A DNA stretch of 15,984 bases. Origin: Geobacter sp. UBA6802. Lineage in GTDB: Bacteria; Desulfobacterota; Desulfuromonadia; Geobacterales; Pseudopelobacteraceae. The position numbers and the translations under genes are program-made. Below are positions 6,154 through 15,000 of this stretch, in pieces. A model generated the notes under the pieces. The model was not told the origin of the DNA and did no database searches. It saw only the letters and a program-made list of their open reading frames with translations. Each line of letters begins with the position of its first letter. Positions within the stretch are counted from its first letter, which is position 1. The DNA is taken from assembly GCA_002452325.1 (NCBI GenBank), contig DKFG01000025.1:9056-25039 (forward strand), read 5' to 3'.

Positions 6154-7112
6154 TGCAACGATTCCGTAACAACCTCGTCCGGCTTGGTCAGCAAGCCATC
6201 GGCACGGGTAATCAGACTGAGCGCGGCCTCAAGATCGCCATTCTCCTCGGCACAGACCCCCAGGTTGTGCTGTAAAGCCGCTGACTGCACCCCGCTGCCC
6301 CCGATCTGCTGCCAGATACTGCAAGCCCGGTCAAGGCGCTTGGCCTTGGCAAATTCCAGTGCATTCTCGAATGCCTGTTGATGGGAGGCCGGCAGCCCTT
6401 CGGTGGATTCCAGCAGGCGCACCTGGCTGGTGCGGTAGTACGGGGCAATATCCTTGCGCAGCCGCTCAATCACCTGCTGTTGTGCCTGGCGCAGCAGTTC
6501 TTCCGGTGTCGGCAACGGGCTGCTATCATCCCGGCAGCCGCTCTCCTCGCGTTGCTCCCGATACAGTTCCGAGAATACAACCCTGCCGCTCTGCACCTCA
6601 ATCAGGCGGGGGGTAACATCCAGCAGTGCGGTGCGACGAATGCAGGGGACCTTTGTGGTGGTCCAAGCCGTGCACTTGCCTTTGGCGTTCGTTGTACTGC
6701 ACACCCGCCGCTCCGTCAGGTAACGGCTATCGGTGACGCTGCGGGCTGTGATCTGGCCGGTGTAGATACCCCGCGCCCCGGTCAGCATCCCCACCTGCAC
6801 CACGTCTTCGGGGTGAAAATCGCCGGAGATGGACAGCTTCAGTTCGCTGAACACCTTATCCAGGTCGCTACGGCTGACCACCTGAAAGTACTGTTTACCA
6901 TCCAGCCTGATACCGGCCAGCATGGCCTCAATCTCAGCTGCGAGGGTCGCGCCGCCTGACCCGTTGAACGGCAACACCGCCACGGTCTTCAACCGGGCAG
7001 CCTCGATGGAACTACCCGGCTCCAGGGTGGTAATGGCTACCCTAGGAGCAGCGCAGGCGGCCAAAAGGCCACAGCAGATGAAAACCAGGCATAATCGCAG
7101 CAGATGGCTCAT
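6099..7112 (-). CDS. Lipoprotein with a CsgG/LpoB-like N-terminal domain and a TPR-like helical C-terminus
   Basis: The Met at 7112 is preceded by AAGGAG (7126-7121) with an 8-nt spacer. It opens the lipoprotein signal MSHLLRLCLVFICCGLLAAC (lipobox LLAAC). The track start at 7211 would overlap the upstream gene. VAVLPFNGSGG...LAAEIEAMLAG...YFQVVSRSDLDKVFSELKLSISGDF...GARGIYTGQI resembles CsgG-family lipoproteins. The C-terminal ~100 aa (AFENALEFAKAKRLDRACSIWQQI...NLGVCAEENGDLEAAL) looks TPR-like. Confidence 0.7.
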   Translation of the reverse strand: MSHLLRLCLVFICCGLLAACAAPRVAITTLEPGSSIEAARLKTVAVLPFNGSGGATLAAEIEAMLAGIRLDGKQYFQVVSRSDLDKVFSELKLSISGDFHPEDVVQVGMLTGARGIYTGQITARSVTDSRYLTERRVCSTTNAKGKCTAWTTTKVPCIRRTALLDVTPRLIEVQSGRVVFSELYREQREESGCRDDSSPLPTPEELLRQAQQQVIERLRKDIAPYYRTSQVRLLESTEGLPASHQQAFENALEFAKAKRLDRACSIWQQIGGSGVQSAALQHNLGVCAEENGDLEAALSLITRADGLLTKPDEVVTESLQRVREGLAKRAKARQQVQ

Positions 7113-7137
7113 ACAGACGTCTCCTTGTCTTGCTGTG

Positions 7138-10100
7138 TTACCACGTACCCACCTTAACCGCCTGCAGACGCTTGCTTGGTCCCAGCGGCGCGGCATACAC
7201 CATGTTGCCATCCACCGCCGGGGTCACCATCCGGTCACCGTAGAGATGACTTTCCCACAGGGGTACTTTTTCATGTTCTTTACCAGTTGCTGGATCAAGC
7301 ATCAGTAGGTTGACCAGATTGAGGATCGAGGTCTCGCCAGGTTTTGGCTTGTTTTCAGGCTCAAGCGTATAAACGGTCAGCCAGTATTTGCCGATAACCG
7401 GCCGGGCATAGGATTCTATGCTGGTTTCCAGCTGCCAGACCAAATTGCCCAACGGCTTGAAACCGATCTTGCGCAGCAGCGCCGGACGGACCCGAAACGC
7501 CTGCAGCCCGCCTTCGGTTTGAACAATCAGGCGGCTGTTGTGCAGCAAGGGCCGCACCAGGGCGGCCGCACCCAGTGCTACCATCTGCTGTGGTTGCAGT
7601 GTAACGGCATCCAGCACATGCAGTTCCTTGTCTTTGGTGGGCACAAAAGCCAAACCTGCTGCCACCTCAGGCATACCGGCATTTTTGACGCTGAAACGAC
7701 TGAACTTGCCGGAGATCAGATCAAAGCGTTTCAGCCCCTGTTTATTCAGGTAGTAAGCTCCATCGCCAACAATCCGCAGCGCATCCTCATCCCGTATCAC
7801 TGATTCCAGTTCTCCCAGGTTCCGTTCCCAGCGCAGCGTACCGGTGCTGCGGTCAACCGCCCAGAGAGTGCCGCTGTAGTCAGCCACCAGCGCCAGATTA
7901 CGCCAGAACTGGGCGCCCCCTGCCACCTGCTTGCCGCTATAGGCAAACTGCCAGACAATGCTGCCGTCAGCTGGCCGGATACGGGTAAGGGTATGGCTGT
8001 CTGCCGTCACAAACAGGTCACCATCCACCAGCCGCGGCGAGTGCCTGATCTCGCCCCCTAACTGCCGCTTCCAGCGCAGTGTGCCGTTTGACCGGTCAAA
8101 GGCGTAGAGATGGCCGTCTTCATGCCCGATCACCACCAGGTTGCCGACGATCAGCGGGCCGGATGCAAAGCCGTAGATCGACTTGTTTTCACGTTCTGTA
8201 ATGCTGGATGCCCACAGCACCGGCGACAGCAAGGTAGTGCTGCCCCCTGCCTTTTCGATGATGCTGATCAACTCAGCCAAGCCGCCCTGCTTGGCCAGAT
8301 ACAGCGGACTGGCGCCTTTGCTGTCAGCCTTGTTGGGATCGACCTTTCTGGCAAGCAGCCAGCGCACCAACGCCAGGTTTTCCTCACGTACCGCCTGCTG
8401 CAGTGCGGTAACGCCCTTGCTGTCGGCTTGGTTAAAATCTGCCTTGTAGCGGGACAGCAGCTCTGCCATGACAACACTCTTCACCATCACCACGGCAGGC
8501 TCTGCCAGAAAATCATCTGGTATGTTGTGCTTCTGCAGCAGATGCTGTCTATACTGATTAAAGTCGTTCTCCGGCGTTGCTACGCCGTTTGGTGTTGCCC
8601 GGTGTTCCAACAGGATACGGGCATTGGCAAGCCGGTCTTTTGCTACAGCCTCAAGCAGGGCAAAGGAGAGCAGTTCCGGATTGAGCTGCCTGCTAAACTG
8701 CTGCAGAGCCCGCGTCAGGCGCCCGGCACCTTTTTCTTCCTCTGCCAATGCCCTGAACAGTGTGCGTAGCATCACTGCAGAGAATGTCTGCCCCTTAAAG
8801 GCCAGTGCTGCATCAAGGTGTCCATTAGACAGGGCCACCTCCATCGGTGTCTTGTCAAACTGGCCCTGCTGAATACGGGCGCCCTTTTGCAACAGCAGAC
8901 GGATCGCCTCCAGATTACCTTTTTCAGCTGCCTGATGCAGGGCGGTATTGCCGCTCTTGTCCTTGAGATCCAGCGGGCTGCCGGCATCGATCAACAGCTT
9001 CATCACAGCTGCCGCTCCCTTTTCGCGCCGGGCAGCATCCATCAGCGGTGAAGTGCCGTAGTTGTCCTGATACTGCAACAGAGTTGTTGACAACGGCTTG
9101 CCATCTCTGCTCCGTTTGCGCATCTCCTGCAACAGGAACGAGACCACCTCCGGGCTAGCCTTCATGGCAGCCACATGCAGGCAGCTGCCACCGGTAACAC
9201 CATGCAGGCTGCTTGAGTCTTTGAGCAACTTGCCGGTAATGCCCAGGTCTGCGCCATGGGCCAAAAACAGCTTAAGGATATCCGGCTTCCGGGTGCCGCA
9301 GGCATCAAGGGTTGCCTCAGGATCAGGCTTGACACCCCGTTTGAAAAGCTCCTGCACCAGGGCTGGCGATTCGGTCCAGAACACCGCCATCTGCAGCGGC
9401 GTTGCGCCGCTGTCACTGCGCAAGTTCGGGTCAGCACCACGCCTGAGCAGTTCGATGGCCAGCTCCGGCTGTCTGGTCCAGGCTGCCAGGCTGACCAAGG
9501 GACGTTTGAAAAATCCACGGGCATTGCTATCAGCCCCTTTATCCAACAGATAGCGCACCACTGCCGGCTGTTTGTGTTCAACCGCATTAGCGACTGCCCG
9601 GTCTCCCTCTTTACCCCGTACCGGTGCGCCAGCCTGCACCAGTTCCTTTACCACGGCCAGATGGCCCTTTTGGGCGGCAACACTCAGGGCGGTTTCAACT
9701 TCGGAACTCCAGTGCGAGAGTTTTACCTTACGGTCCAGCAGCAGCTTCACCACTTCAGGATGACCGTTTTCAGATGCCTTGATCAGCGGGTTTTCGCTGT
9801 AGCTGTCCAGAGCCTCCGGATTTAGCCCCAGTGCAATCAGACGTCTTGCCATACCGGTTTGGCCCTTGACTGCGGCAATGTGCAAAAGGGTCTGTTGCTT
9901 GTCGGTCACGATTTTGGGATTTGCTCCGGCAACCAGCAAACGCTCAAAGACCTTGTCATGGCCACCAACCACAGCCCAGGCAAGTGCGCTCATGCCATCA
10001 TTGCGCTGATCCGTGGCCTTAGCTCCCTTTTGCAGCAGCAGTTCAATTGCCGGAAGACCGCCATCCACCGCAAACATCAGTGCATTACTACCGCGCGGGT

Positions 10101-10299
10101 TACGCTTGTGCAGATCAACTCCACTGCCCAACAGCGCCTTCATCCGGGCCAGATCACCTTTTTTTGCAGCCAGCATCAACGGTGTATTGCCGTCCTTATC
10201 CGGCGTATCAACAGCACCGGTTGCAGCGTATAGCGACTGCGCAGCTATGAAGAACAGTTGGACAAGCAGGCAGAGGACAGGAATCAGGCGCAGAAACAT
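7138..10299 (-). CDS. Exported ankyrin-repeat (about 15 or more repeats) + PQQ-like beta-propeller protein
   Basis: GGAG lies 7 nt upstream of the ATG. The signal peptide is MFLRLIPVLCLLVQLFFIAAQSLYA|A. ANK units of the form G.TPLM.AA..G....V..LL..GA recur through about aa 35-680 (roughly nt 8260-10200). The C-terminal ~350 aa carries PQQ/BamB-type repeats (GHLYAFDRSNGTLRWKRQL, TLTRIRPADGSIVWQF, GTLWAVDRSTGTLRWERNL). It is 25 nt upstream of the lipoprotein gene, so the two probably form an operon. Confidence 0.9.
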   Translation of the reverse strand: MFLRLIPVLCLLVQLFFIAAQSLYAATGAVDTPDKDGNTPLMLAAKKGDLARMKALLGSGVDLHKRNPRGSNALMFAVDGGLPAIELLLQKGAKATDQRNDGMSALAWAVVGGHDKVFERLLVAGANPKIVTDKQQTLLHIAAVKGQTGMARRLIALGLNPEALDSYSENPLIKASENGHPEVVKLLLDRKVKLSHWSSEVETALSVAAQKGHLAVVKELVQAGAPVRGKEGDRAVANAVEHKQPAVVRYLLDKGADSNARGFFKRPLVSLAAWTRQPELAIELLRRGADPNLRSDSGATPLQMAVFWTESPALVQELFKRGVKPDPEATLDACGTRKPDILKLFLAHGADLGITGKLLKDSSSLHGVTGGSCLHVAAMKASPEVVSFLLQEMRKRSRDGKPLSTTLLQYQDNYGTSPLMDAARREKGAAAVMKLLIDAGSPLDLKDKSGNTALHQAAEKGNLEAIRLLLQKGARIQQGQFDKTPMEVALSNGHLDAALAFKGQTFSAVMLRTLFRALAEEEKGAGRLTRALQQFSRQLNPELLSFALLEAVAKDRLANARILLEHRATPNGVATPENDFNQYRQHLLQKHNIPDDFLAEPAVVMVKSVVMAELLSRYKADFNQADSKGVTALQQAVREENLALVRWLLARKVDPNKADSKGASPLYLAKQGGLAELISIIEKAGGSTTLLSPVLWASSITERENKSIYGFASGPLIVGNLVVIGHEDGHLYAFDRSNGTLRWKRQLGGEIRHSPRLVDGDLFVTADSHTLTRIRPADGSIVWQFAYSGKQVAGGAQFWRNLALVADYSGTLWAVDRSTGTLRWERNLGELESVIRDEDALRIVGDGAYYLNKQGLKRFDLISGKFSRFSVKNAGMPEVAAGLAFVPTKDKELHVLDAVTLQPQQMVALGAAALVRPLLHNSRLIVQTEGGLQAFRVRPALLRKIGFKPLGNLVWQLETSIESYARPVIGKYWLTVYTLEPENKPKPGETSILNLVNLLMLDPATGKEHEKVPLWESHLYGDRMVTPAVDGNMVYAAPLGPSKRLQAVKVGTW

Positions 10300-10332
10300 T
10301 GGAATACTCCATGGTGGCGATTGTTACTGTTG

Positions 10333-10342
10333 TAGACGGACA
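10333..10342 (-). promoter_or_regulatory. Copy (d) of the recurrent motif (TGTCCGTCTAc on the minus strand)
   Basis: The reverse complement of 10332-10342 reads TGTCCGTCTAC. It has 33 nt between it and the minus-strand ATG at 10299 and is oriented with that gene. Confidence 0.5.
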
Positions 10343-10391
10343 AAACGGATGTTGCAACCACAGAAACCTTCTTTATGCGAATGAAACAAAC

Positions 10392-10420
10392 TTGTCCCAA
10401 CCCAAATTCATCTGTATACT
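10392..10420 (+). promoter_or_regulatory. Candidate sigma-70-type promoter for the sigma-factor gene
   Basis: TTGTCC (10392-10397), a 17-nt spacer, then TATACT (10415-10420) preceded by TG. This would give a very short leader of about 8 nt before the ATG at 10436, with no visible Shine-Dalgarno. Pattern only. Confidence 0.35.
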
Positions 10421-10435
10421 CTGCCGCAATTTGCC

Positions 10436-11323
10436 ATGCTCAAACTATTCAAACAACAACAAATCCCCGTAAAACCACCCGCTGGAGGCTTTGATAGTGC
10501 CACCTGCAAACGGCTATTGACCGAGCAGTTGGACTATATCACCAAGGTCTGCGAGAAGGCTGTTGGTCAGGCTGAAACCGCCCACAGCCAGTGCATTGCC
10601 GGTGAAGGGGGCCATGGCTATCTGGTGGAACGGGCCGGACGGCTGGACAAAGATGAGCTGTTCGTGCAGGTGCTGGATCATCTGCAGGAAGACGACTACC
10701 GACGGCTGAGGGAGTTCAAGGGCAACTCATCCATCACCACCTACCTGACCGCCATCATCAGCCGTCTGGTGGTGGATATCGTCCGCAGCCGCACTGGCCG
10801 TAACCGGGCCAAAGAGCGGGCCGAACGGTTTGGTGAGCTAGGCCGCCGCACCTATGAACTGGTTGTGCAAGCCAGGCATACGATTAACGAGGCTGTTGAG
10901 ATCTTGCAGGTCAACTATGGCATAACTGCCGATGCAGGCCAGTTGCAGCCCATACTTGATGAGATGCAGGGCCGCAGCAGTCGCCACCAGACCGATACCG
11001 ACCATGAGACCGCCTGGAGTGACAACGGTGAACTGGTCAGCATCCAACGCGGGACACCTGAGCAGAAAACCTCAGACAAACAGCTTGAACGCAAACGTAA
11101 CGAGGTGCTCAGGCAGGTGCTGGACAGCATGACGGCAGAGGACAAGCTGCTGATCAGGCTGCGCTTTCCTCTGGATGAGACAGCCGATCCGCTGGATAGC
11201 GCCACCGTGGCCAGAATGCTGGGCCTCAACCAACAGGAGGTGGAGCGCCGCACCCGGCGCATCCTGACAAACTGCCGGGAACTGCTGCTGAAACAGGGAA
11301 TTTCACTGGATGCATTATTATGA
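10436..11323 (+). CDS. Sigma-70 family RNA polymerase sigma factor, ECF-like but unusually long (295 aa)
   Basis: Region-2-like sequence: DDYRRLREFKGNSSITTYLTAIISRLVVDIVRSR (about nt 10690-10800). Region-4 HTH-like sequence: LLIRLRFPLDE...SATVARMLGLNQQEVERRTRRILTNCRELL (about nt 11150-11300). About 100 aa lie between them and about 75 aa precede region 2. An anti-sigma gene follows. Confidence 0.8.
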   Translation: MLKLFKQQQIPVKPPAGGFDSATCKRLLTEQLDYITKVCEKAVGQAETAHSQCIAGEGGHGYLVERAGRLDKDELFVQVLDHLQEDDYRRLREFKGNSSITTYLTAIISRLVVDIVRSRTGRNRAKERAERFGELGRRTYELVVQARHTINEAVEILQVNYGITADAGQLQPILDEMQGRSSRHQTDTDHETAWSDNGELVSIQRGTPEQKTSDKQLERKRNEVLRQVLDSMTAEDKLLIRLRFPLDETADPLDSATVARMLGLNQQEVERRTRRILTNCRELLLKQGISLDALL

Positions 11324-11331
11324 AACAGAAC

Positions 11332-11342
11332 TGTCCGTCTAA
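11332..11342 (+). promoter_or_regulatory. Copy (c) of the recurrent motif TGTCCGTCTAA, in the sigma / anti-sigma spacer
   Basis: An exact 11-mer with 22 nt between it and the ATG at 11365. It shares the 13-mer cTGTCCGTCTAAc with copy (a). Confidence 0.5.
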
Positions 11343-11364
11343 CTATGATGAACGGAATTGAGCC

Positions 11365-12021
11365 ATGAACCAGGCTACTGAAAAATACAACCGCGACCAG
11401 CAGATCGGGCGCAGTATTGCCGCTGCCATCCAGCAGCAGCAAACCGCCCCTACCTGCCTGAGCGATGAGCAGTTGGCAAGCCTGCTGGACAACCGCCTGG
11501 CAAGTGGCGAGCGGGAGCGTTGCCTTGTTCATATTGCGGCCTGTGATAGCTGTCTGGCACGTTACACCATGACCGCTTCTCTGTTGCAAACTGCACCGCA
11601 GAGAGAACAGGCATCACGTACCAGCGGCTTTCTCTATGGTGGTCTTGTTGTTGCCGCAGTGGCATTGCTGGCTATTGGATTGGTTGTGCAGCAGCAACCT
11701 AGTAAAACCGTTGAGCAGGTGCAAACTGCAGGTCATGCCGCCATTGGCGGCATAAACACCCCCAGCGCAGAAATAGTTCGCCTGCACCAGCGCCTGAAAA
11801 TCTGGTCCAATGAGACCATCAATGCGATTGAGGCAAAGCAGTATGAGCTGATTGATAAAAGCCTGCCCGCCACCCTGCAACAGGAAGCCCTCAGTCTTGG
11901 GGATGCTACTTTGGCTGATAAGCTGGAACCGCTGGTAAAACATCTGGCAGAGCCGAAGGATACGGATGAATGGTGCGAGGAGCTTAATATGATCATCAAA
12001 CTTAATTCAAGGTGCCAATAA
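11365..12021 (+). CDS. Zinc-finger (ZAS-type, HxxxCxxC) single-pass anti-sigma factor
   Basis: The motif HIAACDSC (H56, C60, C63) is at nt 11530-11553. One transmembrane segment, GFLYGGLVVAAVALLAIGLVV, spans about aa 87-108. It is followed by a ~110-aa helical extracytoplasmic tail. The gene lies directly downstream of the sigma gene. Confidence 0.8.
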   Translation: MNQATEKYNRDQQIGRSIAAAIQQQQTAPTCLSDEQLASLLDNRLASGERERCLVHIAACDSCLARYTMTASLLQTAPQREQASRTSGFLYGGLVVAAVALLAIGLVVQQQPSKTVEQVQTAGHAAIGGINTPSAEIVRLHQRLKIWSNETINAIEAKQYELIDKSLPATLQQEALSLGDATLADKLEPLVKHLAEPKDTDEWCEELNMIIKLNSRCQ

Positions 12022-15000
12022 ATGATGTCTGATAAACACGCACATTTAGACTCGAATACATCGAGGTGGGCTATAATCGCACCCGCCGCCATAATGCGAA
12101 TGGATGCATCAGTCCAGAAGCTTTTGAGATTCAACAAGGCACTTAACATTTTATTCGCAATTATCCGGCAGGATCAGGTTGGAGGTATTATACCGAAGCA
12201 ATCACTCGTTTTTTTTCTGTCATTTTTTTTTATAACAGTTTTATCCGGTTGTGCCATCAGACCTGTCAATAGCTGGCAAGCAGGGTTCAGTACTATCCAG
12301 GAAAACAACAGTTCGGCAAGCAGCGGTCAATTAGTCGTACAGGTGCCCCACGCCAGCAATATAGCTTCAGTTGCCATAAGCCCGAACGGCAGATATTACG
12401 CTTCGACTAGTATTGATAATCAGATCAATATCTGGTCCGCCGATGCCGTTATCGTCAAATCCTATAAAGACAGAGACAATCTGGAGGATGGAATTTACTA
12501 TAAGCTAGTTTTTTCGTCTAATTCAAGATATTTAACCTGTGTATCGCCATACAGAATTACGATATTCGATCTTGAAACCGGCAGTATTCGCCGCATGAAT
12601 TTATTCAACAGCAAAAAAAATGACAATGGAAACTTCTATTCCGGTTTTGTCGAGCTGTCCCCAGACGGCAATCTGGGTATTGCGCTGGTTTCGGAAAAGA
12701 CCATGAATTCTAAGCTGGTGTTGTTCAGAGTCGATAAAGATGAAGTTACCGATCTGCTTGAATTCAAACGGAAGGTTCAGCGTTTCGGCACCTTCAGTCA
12801 AGATGGTAAATACATCGTCATGCCAAGTGGTTATGATTATACAAAGGGATATATCTATACCATTTCCACGGGGGAGATGAAAAGCATTGGTATAGACGAT
12901 GACATGTGGATTCAGCATGCGGATATATATGGCAATAATGTTATCTTTACCAGTAAACAGGAAAACGTATACGTTTATTCTCTTGATGGTAAGTTACAGA
13001 AAAAGATTCAACTACAAGATTATTTTCACAGCATTGAAGCCATTCACCTGATAAAAAACACCTTGGTAGTCGGGCTGGAAGGGAATGTTGAGTTTGTGGA
13101 TATTGAAGCCGGTCGTACGGTAGGCAGCATTAACGGTTTTTTGGCTGATGTGGATAAATATTCAGGCACGATATTGGTGTCACATGACAGTAAAATGAAA
13201 CGTGGTACCTTGAGTAACGGCCAGAATTACGAATACCAGCTGGGCAGGATCAACATCGACTCGTTAACCGAAGAAGCTAGCTTGAGCGATGATGTAATTT
13301 ATTCGAAAATAATCAGCAACATGATCTTTGCCACTAAAGCGGACAAGAGCCTCCATGTATGGGATATCAATGGCAAATTCATCAACAGCATTACTGGGGT
13401 AAATTACATCGAATATCGTAACAACCAAAACTGGACACCTTTCGGCTACATCACCGGCAACAATGCTGTGCTGGCCGGAACTAAAGAAACATTGAGTCTC
13501 ATAGATACAAAATCTTCAGCTGTGCTGGAATCATTCAACTTACCACAGGTTTCCTCTGTTGATGCGAGCGCCGATTTCAAACTGGTTGTCGGTGGTTACT
13601 CGGACGGTTATGTGGGGGTTTGGGCCACGGACGGGAAATTACTGCAGCGTTTCAAGGCCCATATTGGCAATATCAGCCATGTATCAATCGAGCCTAACAG
13701 TAGCAGAATTCTGACTGTGGGGGATGGTGTCTTCAAGTTATGGTCAGTTGGCGGCAGACTGCTTACTAATGGCAATTGTAACGATTATAAGGCTACAGCC
13801 GGAAAATTTACTGGCAAAGGGAGTCACTACATTATTGCCTGTGGCAAAAAAGATGTTTTCAGCGGTAGTTATGAGTCACTACGCTTCAGGCATCACGACT
13901 CTAAACTCTACTTGTACGATAATGTAGATTCGGTCGGAAAGGAAATGAATGCTGTTTTCCCGAGAATAGAAGATCGTGGACTGGTGACGAATATCTATGT
14001 TGATGACCGAAATGGCAACATAATCACTACCCACGACACTACCCATTACAGCAGGCATTATACGAACGAGAAGTGGGAGGATTTTACAAATTTCGAGAAT
14101 TATATTATCTGGACAGCTGAAGGCAAATTTTTGAAATTTGCCAATAAAAGGGATAGGATTTTTGACAAAACACTATTGCCGGCTGAAGTGCTGATGAATG
14201 TCAATGGCCCATTCAAGAATATTATTGAGATTGCAAAAGACTACGAGAGTATCAGCAAAGCGGGTGATTTCGATACAATCAAACAGGTGCGTATATCAAA
14301 GGATCGAAAATATCTGGTGGCAGGGCTGACAGATGGCACCATAAGAATTATCAATACAAAAAATCAGAATATGATTTTCCTGCTGTCCAGAGGGAATAAA
14401 TGGGTTATGTACTCGGCTGACGGCATCTATGACTCGTCTATAGATGGCGGTGATTTGTTAAAAATCAGAAAGGGAGCAGCAGTATTTTCCATTGACCAGT
14501 TCGCCGTTGCCAAAAACAGACCTGATATTCTCCTGCAAAGAATGGAATTGGGGACGACCGAACAGATTCAGCATTACAGGAGACTGGCACAGGCTAGAGC
14601 GAGCAAGTTTGTCGCCGGAGGGCAGGGGTATACCAGTATTCCGGCCTCCTCGATTGTGCAGGCTAGGCAGCGCGGCAAAAAAGCACAGCTGGAGCTAAAT
14701 TTTAAAGGATACAACTCACCGCTCAAAGCCTACAACATCTTTATTAATGATGTCCCGCTGTATGGCTCTCAGGGTAAGGATATCAGCGGCTTTGAGGCGC
14801 AGATCAGTGTAGAGGTTGAGCTGACATCTGGCAAAAACAAAATCGAGGTATCGTGCGTCAACGGCTTTGGGGTTGAGTCATACCGCTCGTTGCAGTACCT
14901 GAACTATGACAAGCCGGTTAAGGGTGATCTATATTATGTCGGCCTAGGCGTATCAAAATACAAGGAGACCGCGATCAACCAATTGCTCTATGCCCACAAG

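Noticed and set aside
7113-7211. The upstream extension of the lipoprotein ORF (track start at 7211).
   Set aside because: It would overlap the 3' end of the ANK-PQQ gene by about 70 nt and has no RBS. The Met at 7112 has AAGGAG at ideal spacing and begins a lipoprotein signal peptide.
1990-11331. A conserved -35 element (an AAC-containing or TAAA-type sequence) partnering the TGTCCGTCTAA motif.
   Set aside because: AAC-like triplets occur upstream of three copies, but at inconsistent distances: about 5, 8 and 10 nt from the motif start. Copy (a) has none. The GGTTTCT and ACATCCGT similarities between copies (a) and (d) are at different spacings, and in (a) they are part of the terminator tail. 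No -35 element is therefore claimed.
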